Shown: one piece after another, positions 25,452 to 32,000 of the stretch
Layout of the letters: every line of letters starts with the position of its first letter
How positions within the stretch are numbered: position 1 is the stretch's first letter
Source of the DNA: Synechococcus sp. A15-28
GTDB taxonomy: Bacteria > Cyanobacteriota > Cyanobacteriia > PCC-6307 > Cyanobiaceae
NCBI RefSeq assembly: GCF_014280175.1
Contig: NZ_CP047931.1
Coordinates: forward strand, 930,001-962,000
DNA length: 32,000 bases
Reading direction: 5' to 3'
Notes under the pieces: generated by a model
Seen by the model: only the letters and a program-made list of their open reading frames with translations
Database searches by the model: none
Told to the model about the DNA's origin: nothing
Position numbers and translations under genes: made by a program

Positions 25452-25758
25452 AATCGATTAAATGATAACGATCATATCATCCATAGCAAAAAGAAAATGT
25501 TTCAAAGATCACTCTTCCTCCCAGTCCTCCCCAACAGAGGCACATTTATAGAAGAGGATGTCTGCCTGGTATTCAAGTTTGATTTTCTCTTACATATGAC
25601 TTTGCCTCGTGGATGCAGGGGATGGTGTTTTCAGGACCATAACCACGTTGTTCTGGATTGTCTGTATCTCTAAACTCCAGTCATACGCTCCGTTTTGTGG
25701 ATCTGGTTAGAAGTAGCGAGGTCCTGGTAACGGATTAACAGACCCAAATCGGAATTCA

Positions 25759-25782
25759 GGGGTGTTTCGGTGCCCCTTTTTT
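25759..25782 (+). terminator. Terminator-like hairpin plus T-run
   Basis: GGGGTG-TTTCGG-TGCCCC with two G:U pairs, followed by TTTTTT; no annotated + strand gene immediately upstream. Confidence 0.5.
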
Positions 25783-26083
25783 GGTGCTTGATCGCTCTTT
25801 GGGCGTCCAATCAGGTCAGCAGACGTTGGATTGCTTCTGGTTATCCACCAAACCCTGCTGATGATGCCCTGAGCAGTGCACAGGCGAGCCAGTCGGCGAA
25901 AACCTTTGGATTACTGACCCAAGCAGATTCATCCCTTTAGAACCGCCACACCTAATAGTCGTTGGCGTCGATCAACCATCCTTCTCACATCAAGCCACCT
26001 CCGGGCACCAGCCATTCTCGTGCTCACGCCTTAGCATCCACTAATCAATCGACGACAGCCTTCTGAGCTATAGCTGCAGACGC

Positions 26084-26341
26084 TCAAAAGTTGAGTTGCC
26101 CTGAGAGCCATAGCTCGTGCCACATCGCAGCAGGAGACGAGCTCAGTGCCAAAAAGCAAGTCGTAAAGATGGCTCCGGTGGTCAAGCCAACGCCCATCAC
26201 GATCAGCGCAGTCAGTCCCTGCTCGTCGGTCAGCGGACGGTTGTCTAAGAAACGGCGCTTCGCCATTGGCTGGATATCGCTGTTTACGTTCTGCCAATCG
26301 AACCAGCTGAGTGGCAACAGGCCATTGCACTCATACTGCAA
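26084..26341 (-). CDS. Small hypothetical membrane protein
   Basis: MAKRRFLDNRPLTDEQGLTALIVMGVGLTTGAIFTTCFLALSSSPAAMWHELWLSGQLNF, preferred start at internal Met 26266. Confidence 0.45.
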   Translation of the reverse strand: MQYECNGLLPLSWFDWQNVNSDIQPMAKRRFLDNRPLTDEQGLTALIVMGVGLTTGAIFTTCFLALSSSPAAMWHELWLSGQLNF

Positions 26342-26731
26342 CTTCTAGGCACGTCCTTCTCACAATCGGCTGATTGCTCTTCTGAGGCAATGCGCCTTAA
26401 TGCCGATAACTTTGTGCCCTCAAGGCACACAAACTGAGTTCAATGCGATCGGAGGCGCCATGACAGACGAAACTCCACCCCAGCAGATCGCAGTAGCTGA
26501 CTGACTTTCTGGCCCCTGCTCCAACAGTCTCAAAAATGACCTGGGTTGGTCCATTGGTAGGCACGCATTGGTCCGCCACGCCATTCGACGCTCCGCTTGC
26601 ACCGTTTCAGGTGCCCTAGGAGAAAATGATCCTTCCCCTAGAGCAAATGGCCCCAGGGCGCCTCTAGCCAGAAGCTTCGACCCTCTTTCTTCAGAAATGA
26701 TGGGTTGAACCATGCACAAGCGAGCGAGCGA

Positions 26732-26759
26732 GGCCGTCTTTCCACCGGGAAGGACGGCC
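26732..26759. repeat. Hairpin-forming repeat element, copy A
   Basis: GGCCGTCTTTCC-ACCG-GGAAGGACGGCC (12-bp stem with one G:U pair); homologous to 30091-30124. Confidence 0.7.
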
Positions 26760-26825
26760 TTCCGCTTATTCAGGGTCAGTCACCGCTTCGATCTCAGTGA
26801 AGGGGAACGAAACCTAGTTGAGCAT

Positions 26826-27002
26826 TCAGGACACCATCGAAAGATCCGATCCGTCATCAATTTGAAGATAGGTCCTCAGGCAGGCGGTGACGCATGTCCC
26901 ATCATCGAGGTCGCACTCGCTGATGCAGACAAAGTATTCATCTAGGGCCTCCCATCGTTCAGTAATGGATTGATGCTCGTGTTCATTTTTAAGTGAATAC
27001 AA
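26826..27002 (-). CDS. Putative 58-aa protein with twin CX3C motif (not in ORF track; TTG start)
   Basis: Reads (M/L)YSLKNEHEHQSITERWEALDEYFVCISECDLDDGTCVTACLRTYLQIDDGSDLSMVS*; the composition looks more protein-like than the overlapping + strand ORF 26712-26945. Confidence 0.45.
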   Translation of the reverse strand: MYSLKNEHEHQSITERWEALDEYFVCISECDLDDGTCVTACLRTYLQIDDGSDLSMVS

Positions 27003-27116
27003 CTGTTTGTCCCAAGTGAGGCATTCTTACCATCACTTTTCGCGCCAGGTCAATTTATATATTACAGAAGATAAAATACCTAGGGAGATGCTCTTAGGTG
27101 CTAATACGTAGTTCCT

Positions 27117-27398
27117 TTGACCCCTCAAGGGAGTTTTCGTCTATGTAACGGAATGAGTAAAGTACCTATTGATCTAGGAGTGGAAAGGAGTAGAGATAAG
27201 TCAGCGACAAGGAGAAAGATGGTCACGATCTGTTCAGGTTTTTTCGATCTGTGCATTCCCCTCAATGCATTTGACAAGACGCAGCCAGAGCAAGCTGATG
27301 AACCCAATCAAGCGATGAAATCTCAGCACGATCTGTACTGGGAGGAGCGTTGCGACAGGTCCCCCACTGCGCCTGGATGCAAGATCTACGACGACTGA
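27117..27398 (+). CDS. Hypothetical small protein
   Basis: C-terminus MKSQHDLYWEERCDRSPTAPGCKIYDD looks genuine; the start probably lies at an internal Met (27153 or 27219). Confidence 0.5.
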   Translation: MTPQGSFRLCNGMSKVPIDLGVERSRDKSATRRKMVTICSGFFDLCIPLNAFDKTQPEQADEPNQAMKSQHDLYWEERCDRSPTAPGCKIYDD

Positions 27399-27506
27399 GC
27401 ACAGCAAGTCTCAGCTAACGTCATCAAGGCAACGCAATCGGTTCTCTTTGGTTCAAACAACAAGTCCTGACTGACTTAGCCACAATTGTTGTTGACATCC
27501 ACTGAT

Positions 27507-27531
27507 CACCCCGCGTCTTAATTGCGGGGTG
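27507..27531. promoter_or_regulatory. Perfect 8-bp inverted repeat upstream of the phoH-like gene
   Basis: CACCCCGC-GTCTTAATT-GCGGGGTG; 83 nt before the CDS, no T-run. Confidence 0.45.
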
Positions 27532-27614
27532 AAATGAATCTGCAGCGGGAATTTATACAAATCACGACCTTGATGGCTTTTTAACACCAATTGATCAATC
27601 AATGGTGAGATTTA

Positions 27615-29003
27615 ATGAAAAACAAAATCGTCGTTCTCGACACGAATGTTCTGCTTCACGATCCTGAGGCTCCACACCGCTTTGGAGATCTGAGGGTTGT
27701 GATCCCAATGCAAGTGGTTGAGGAAATTGATCGCTTCAAAAAAGATCACTCTGAAAAAGGCCGAAACGCCCGGCGAATTTCAAGACTCCTGGATTCCTTT
27801 CGAGACCGCGGATGCCTTGCCGATGGTGTTCCCATTGAGGGCACGAATCACGGCCTGCTTCAGGTAATTTTCTGTCAGGCCCATGCTCTTGACGCCTTAC
27901 CGGCAGAGCTTCAGGGGGGCGGCGGCGACAACAACATCCTCGCAGTGGCCCTTGAGCAGCTGCGGTGCGGTGGGCTGAAACAGGCCCCGGAGGTTGTGCT
28001 GATCAGCAAAGACATCAACCTGAGAATCAAGGCCGACGCGGTAGGCCTGCAAGCCGAGGACTACGTCAATGACAACGTCTCGATTGATGACCTCTATGCA
28101 GGGTTCCGGGAACTCAGCACTGATGCAGTGACGATCTCGAGTCTGCATGACGAGGGTCAGCTCCCTCTGGACGCTGTCACCGATCCAGAGGGGCAACACC
28201 CACAGGCAAATGAAGGCGTGGTGCTGGTGGATGAGCGCAACGACAGCCACACCTTGCTTGCCCGGCGTCAAGGAAACAGCAACTCACTTGAACCACTTCA
28301 CTGGCTGAATCGTGCCCATTTGGGACGGATCAAGGCGAGAAATCGGGAGCAAAGTTTTGCGCTGGATTTGCTGCTCGATCCGTCCGTTGCTCTGGTGACC
28401 CTAGTGGGCAAGGCAGGCACAGGCAAAACGCTGCTGGCCATTGCCGCTGGTTTGCACCAGGTGGCCGACACCCATCACTACGCCCGTCTGCTGGTGACAC
28501 GTCCGCCAATCTCCCTCGGCAAAGACATTGGCTACCTGCCTGGAACGCTTGAAGAGAAACTTGGGCCTTGGATGAAGCCGATCATCGACAACATCGACTT
28601 CATCACCGGCTCTTCTCCCGGCGAGGAATCTGAGCAGACGAAGAAGCAGCGGCACCGCGAACCACGCAACGCCTGGGCTGATCTGCAAGGAATGGGTTTG
28701 TTGGAGGTTGAAGCGATTAACACCATCCGCGGGCGCTCAATTCCCCAACAGTTTCTGGTGGTGGATGAAGCGCAAAACCTGACGCCCTTGGAAGTGAAGA
28801 CGATCGTCACGCGGGTAGGTGATGGAACCAAGGTTGTCTTTACCGGTGATCCACATCAAATCGACAACCCATACGTGGATGCCGAAAGCAACGGGCTCAC
28901 ATGGCTGGTGGAAAAGCTCAAAGATCAGCCACTGGTAGGACACATAACCCTCACCAAAGGAGAGCGCAGTGAACTGGCTGAACTAGCCGCCAACATCCTC
29001 TGA
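27615..29003 (+). CDS. PhoH-family ATPase with N-terminal PIN domain (PhoH2-type)
   Basis: PIN domain KIVVLDTNVLLHDPEAPHRFGDLRVVIPMQVVEEIDRFKKD; Walker A LVGKAGTGKTLLA; LVVDEAQNLTPLEVKTIVTRVGDGTKVVFTGDPHQID. Confidence 0.93.
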   Translation: MKNKIVVLDTNVLLHDPEAPHRFGDLRVVIPMQVVEEIDRFKKDHSEKGRNARRISRLLDSFRDRGCLADGVPIEGTNHGLLQVIFCQAHALDALPAELQGGGGDNNILAVALEQLRCGGLKQAPEVVLISKDINLRIKADAVGLQAEDYVNDNVSIDDLYAGFRELSTDAVTISSLHDEGQLPLDAVTDPEGQHPQANEGVVLVDERNDSHTLLARRQGNSNSLEPLHWLNRAHLGRIKARNREQSFALDLLLDPSVALVTLVGKAGTGKTLLAIAAGLHQVADTHHYARLLVTRPPISLGKDIGYLPGTLEEKLGPWMKPIIDNIDFITGSSPGEESEQTKKQRHREPRNAWADLQGMGLLEVEAINTIRGRSIPQQFLVVDEAQNLTPLEVKTIVTRVGDGTKVVFTGDPHQIDNPYVDAESNGLTWLVEKLKDQPLVGHITLTKGERSELAELAANIL

Positions 29004-29027
29004 GGCAAGACAACACCATCGTTATTA

Positions 29028-29924
29028 ATGACTGTTGAACACATGACTCAATTTCCAGAAACCTCAACACCTGAGCAAGCCAATCTGGATGCCATTCTGA
29101 ATTCACCTACTTACAGAATTGCCCATGAAGATCCCGAGTTGATGAACAGCAATGTCATGCGTGGTGTGCGCATGCTGCTTGAAATCACCAAGCCGGATCT
29201 GCATCTGGAGACAGCCGGGATAGAATCGACGATCATTGTCTTTGGTGGTGCCAGGATCGTCGACAGAGACACCGCTCATCAGCAGCTAAAAGATGCAGAG
29301 AAAAATTTAAACCAAGATCCAAATTCATCAACTCTAAAGAGGAAAGTGATTAATGCTCAGCACTTAATTGAACTTTCTCGTTTTTATGACGCCGCTCGAC
29401 AATTTGCCTACTTGGCGTCCCAGCATGGTCAGGCCAGCAAGGGGCAAGGCCATGGCTGCGCATCTCATGTAATCGTGACTGGTGGTGGTCCCGGAATCAT
29501 GGAGGCTGCGAACCGTGGCGCATTTGAAGCAGGATGCCGATCAATCGGACTCAACATCGCACTTCCCTTTGAACAACACCCCAATGCCTACATCACTCAA
29601 GATCTTTGCTTCAAATTCAATTATTTCTCACTCCGCAAATTTCACTTTGTGATGCGCTCTGTGGGAGCTATTTTATTTCCAGGAGGTTTTGGCACGCTTG
29701 ATGAACTGTTTGAGTTGCTGACCTTGCGGCAAGTTGGAACTAAAGGGCGCATGCCAATTGTGTTATTTGGGACAGAGTTCTGGACGAAGCTTGTGGACTT
29801 CGACTACCTCGCCGAATTAGGCTTAATTTCAAATGATGACCTAGCTCTAATTCGTTTTTCGGATACTGCCGAGGAAGCCTGGGAATACATACAAAGCAGC
29901 ACTGAGCCAGTCCGCGGGCAATGA
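29028..29924 (+). CDS. LOG-family (TIGR00730 / 'lysine decarboxylase'-like) protein
   Basis: VIVTGGGPGIMEAANRGAFEAG and GAILFPGGFGTLDELFELLTLRQ. Confidence 0.92.
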   Translation: MTVEHMTQFPETSTPEQANLDAILNSPTYRIAHEDPELMNSNVMRGVRMLLEITKPDLHLETAGIESTIIVFGGARIVDRDTAHQQLKDAEKNLNQDPNSSTLKRKVINAQHLIELSRFYDAARQFAYLASQHGQASKGQGHGCASHVIVTGGGPGIMEAANRGAFEAGCRSIGLNIALPFEQHPNAYITQDLCFKFNYFSLRKFHFVMRSVGAILFPGGFGTLDELFELLTLRQVGTKGRMPIVLFGTEFWTKLVDFDYLAELGLISNDDLALIRFSDTAEEAWEYIQSSTEPVRGQ

Positions 29925-30090
29925 AGAAATAATGCCATTAATTGATATTGATTTGGTTGCTATTATGTGCTTGACTCGTAGAGGCATGTAAAGCGATCAA
30001 CAAGAGAGTTCAACCTATTCCTTTCATGGGTGGTCTGGTCTCCCAACCCTTATCACATCACATGTTTAAAGATGCGTAAGCTAGCGACAT

Positions 30091-30124
30091 AGGCCTTCTT
30101 TTCACCAGGAAGAGCGGCCTTCCT
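30091..30124. repeat. Hairpin-like repeat element, copy B
   Basis: AGGCCTTCTTTTCACCAGGAAGAGCGGCCTTCCT, similar to 26731-26763 AGGCCGTCTTTCCACCGGGAAGGACGGCCTTCC. Confidence 0.6.
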
Positions 30125-30300
30125 CTTTAGGGAGTTACGAAAAATAGGGCCATCCTCCTGCAAGTTAGTCTTATTAAACCTGGGTTGTTTGGCAAAAAGT
30201 CCGCCGTAAAGCCTTGGTACGGTTAGTACGAAAAACTTTTGCGACAAAAACCAACGGGCTGCTGTCTTCTGCTTACTAGTTTTAATGTATCTACTGTTGT

Positions 30301-30573
30301 TTGATGGCCTTCCGAGTGCGCCTAAGAAGCATGTCCGACTATGGGTATGCAGTTCTCTGGGAGAAAGTTCGAATTGAATATTTCACCAGTGTTGGTGATC
30401 AACAACGCGCTGACCAATGCAAAAAATACCTGCAGGAGCTGGAGTGGCGCTTGGCCATGTTGCCTTCGACTGATCATCTTGAGCAGCTAGAGCAAAGCTC
30501 AGGTGATCCATTGGCAGATGCCGGCTGGATTCCCTCTGAGGAAAAACATCAATTCCATGCAAAAAATAGTTAG
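30301..30573 (+). CDS. Hypothetical protein
   Basis: 90 aa; internal Met at MSDYGYAVLWEKVRIEYFTSVGDQQRADQCKKYLQELEWRL is a plausible start. Confidence 0.55.
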   Translation: MMAFRVRLRSMSDYGYAVLWEKVRIEYFTSVGDQQRADQCKKYLQELEWRLAMLPSTDHLEQLEQSSGDPLADAGWIPSEEKHQFHAKNS

Positions 30574-30615
30574 CGTCATATTTTTCGTGGCAACTCACCG
30601 AATGAAACCAATAAA

Positions 30616-30945
30616 TTAGTACTCACCTGGTATACCGAATTCAGCTCTGCAGTTATTGACATCGACTCTGTACTGAGTCCACTTTGTATTCTTTTCAGAA
30701 GCGGCCAGCACACATCTTTCATATGTTTTTGGTTCTTGCTTTTGTTGGTCATCTTCTTCAGCAGCTTTAGCTACTGGACATGCAACAGTGATTATCGCGC
30801 CAACAATAATCAGAAAGGATTTAATCTCCACTCCCTCATCCCATTGACTTATTATTTTAAACCGATGTTTACCTGCAGTGCGTTTGGTGCGTGAAGCGTC
30901 CACGGAAGTGAGCAGCAAACTGCGCATCCAGTTGTGGCTGCACAA
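30616..30945 (-). CDS. Hypothetical secreted protein (start uncertain)
   Basis: Internal signal-like KSFLIIVGAIITVACPVAKAAEEDDQQ, suggesting a start well downstream of 30945. Confidence 0.45.
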   Translation of the reverse strand: MCSHNWMRSLLLTSVDASRTKRTAGKHRFKIISQWDEGVEIKSFLIIVGAIITVACPVAKAAEEDDQQKQEPKTYERCVLAASEKNTKWTQYRVDVNNCRAEFGIPGEY

Positions 30946-31282
30946 CCATTGCTCGCAATGCGTTCAACGCACCAACAGCTGAGGCGTACTGACCATCGCG
31001 TTCAGCCTTGGCCGCCAGGCGTTGATACTGCGTTGCCAACCAACCCACCATCTGCTGAAGCTCAACCAAGTCCAAGGCGTTCGCTAGTTCACTCTGAGCG
31101 ATTTCTAGGTCACGCAGACTCGTTCGCCTGCTGCACCCCCACTTCACAGTCAGCTGAGACGCAGCATCAGTTGGTGGAACACAACTGCTGATCAGCTGTA
31201 GAGCCTCGTTACGACGCTGCTGGCGTTGTTGTCTAGTAGTTATTGCCATGTTAGGGAGCGGCAAATTTTTGAGTTGGGGCAC
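30869..31282 (-). CDS. Hypothetical protein, possible helix-turn-helix N-terminus
   Basis: MAITTRQQRQQRRNEALQLISSCVPPTDAASQLTVKWGCSRRTSLRDLEIAQSELANALDLVELQQMVGWLATQYQRLAAKAERDGQYASAVGALNALRAMV. Confidence 0.5.
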   Translation of the reverse strand: MPQLKNLPLPNMAITTRQQRQQRRNEALQLISSCVPPTDAASQLTVKWGCSRRTSLRDLEIAQSELANALDLVELQQMVGWLATQYQRLAAKAERDGQYASAVGALNALRAMVVQPQLDAQFAAHFRGRFTHQTHCR

Positions 31283-31383
31283 TGATAATAATAATCATTC
31301 TTTGTTCCAATAATGATTCTCTTTCTTATGCTTAGGTCACATTACTGTTCTAGTATTGAAATGAAATTACGAGGTCAACTCAA

Positions 31384-31554
31384 ATGTCAACAGCCGTCAA
31401 CTGTGCATGTCCTAAATGTACTTGCGAGGTCAGCGAGGAGAGCGCAATTGTTCTTCAGGGTAAGTTCTTCTGTTCGACAGCCTGTTCAACAGGGCATCCC
31501 AACAATGAGCCCTGTCATGGTGAAGGTTCTTGTGGGTGTAAATGCGGTGAGTGA
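31384..31554 (+). CDS. smtA: Cyanobacterial metallothionein, SmtA-like (not in ORF track)
   Basis: 56 aa MSTAVNCACPKCTCEVSEESAIVLQGKFFCSTACSTGHPNNEPCHGEGSCGCKCGE*; ten Cys and two His in the SmtA-type layout (CxCxxCxC ... CxxxC ... CxxxxxCxCxC). Confidence 0.9.
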   Translation: MSTAVNCACPKCTCEVSEESAIVLQGKFFCSTACSTGHPNNEPCHGEGSCGCKCGE

Positions 31555-31627
31555 TCAGGGTCACTGATGACGTTGGTGTGGCTTGAGGCGTTCGTTTGGT
31601 GAAGGCCATGTCAATCAGATCAGCTTC

Positions 31628-31642
31628 GGGGGGGGGGGGGGG
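31628..31642 (+). repeat. 15-nt poly-G tract
   Basis: Direct read: CTTC-GGGGGGGGGGGGGGG-AGGATT. Confidence 0.9.
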
Positions 31643-31858
31643 AGGATTTGGCGGTTTTTAGCTGAGAAGCATTGGTGTTACTGGTTTTTTTGGGGGGTGC
31701 CGTGTATAGGTTGTGTCCGCGGCCCTTGCCCGGAGATTTATTGGGCCAGCTGCATTGTCGTTACCTAGCTTCATGATCGTGTGTACGTAAATGACGCTTC
31801 TGAAAGATCCGCCGGCATTGTATTTAGCTTTTCAGCAATTAATTTTCTCTCATGTTTC

Positions 31859-32000
31859 ATGGCCCATTTAAATGCTGGCGAACAAGCGATGTGTAAAGCG
31901 CAACTACTCCAATTGGCGCGTGAAATTGAAATAGAAACAAACATACGACGAATGGAAATTGCTAGAGAGCGTTTCTCTTCAAAGACTGATTCAGTTGTCG
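31859..32000 (+). CDS. Hypothetical protein, 3' truncated by window edge
   Basis: Open frame MAHLNAGEQAMCKAQLLQLAREIEIETNIRRMEIARERFSSKTDSVV... Confidence 0.5.
   Translation, partial: MAHLNAGEQAMCKAQLLQLAREIEIETNIRRMEIARERFSSKTDSVV

Noticed and set aside
25254-25673. 139-aa + strand ORF
   Set aside because: Largely antisense to the more plausible ABM-like protein gene 25149-25451; no recognisable domain.
26420-26719. 99-aa minus-strand ORF
   Set aside because: No recognisable motif, no clear start context; could not be supported, although not excluded.
26712-26945. 77-aa + strand ORF
   Set aside because: Starts over a hairpin repeat and lies opposite a more protein-like minus-strand frame with a twin CX3C motif.
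31313-31567. 84-aa minus-strand ORF
   Set aside because: Antisense shadow of the metallothionein gene.
31583-31768. 61-aa + strand ORF through the poly-G tract
   Set aside because: Frame depends on the exact length of the G run and encodes GGGGG within an otherwise unconvincing sequence.
1-32000. tRNA, rRNA, transposase, integrase or phage structural genes
   Set aside because: Looked for on both strands by eye; no convincing tRNA T-arm/acceptor pattern, rRNA block or recombinase motif was seen. A tRNAscan/Infernal run would be decisive.

Overview
The window looks like a marine picocyanobacterial (Synechococcus-type) chromosome segment. This assignment is inferred from gene families and gene order. 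Housekeeping genes form the flanks: dnaE 3' end, a PAM68-like gene, rpsO, ruvA, then dnaG, an ACR3-type arsenite permease, umuC/umuD with a good cyanobacterial LexA box, an RTX-repeat protein, rlmH, a pentapeptide-repeat protein, and later PhoH-PIN and LOG-family genes. Two segments stand out. (1) An AT-richer, tightly packed + strand cluster at 3766-12227 encodes Mrp/Mnh-type antiporter subunits (C, one D, E, F, G, MbhD-like, MbhE/MnhB-like). It continues without a clear break into a 6TM-like K+ channel, a ComA/phosphosulfolactate-synthase-like protein, a periplasmic solute-binding protein, a divergent SDF-family symporter and a lipoprotein. This is the best candidate for a poorly described functional system. 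(2) An accessory region at about 22067-27600 begins right after a truncated yraN gene. It holds small secreted, lipoprotein or orphan ORFs, a 38-bp direct duplication marking a truncated paralogue, and small ORFs missing from the supplied track. A clear cyanobacterial metallothionein gene (31384-31554, 56 aa), also absent from the track, lies near the right end beside a 15-nt poly-G tract.
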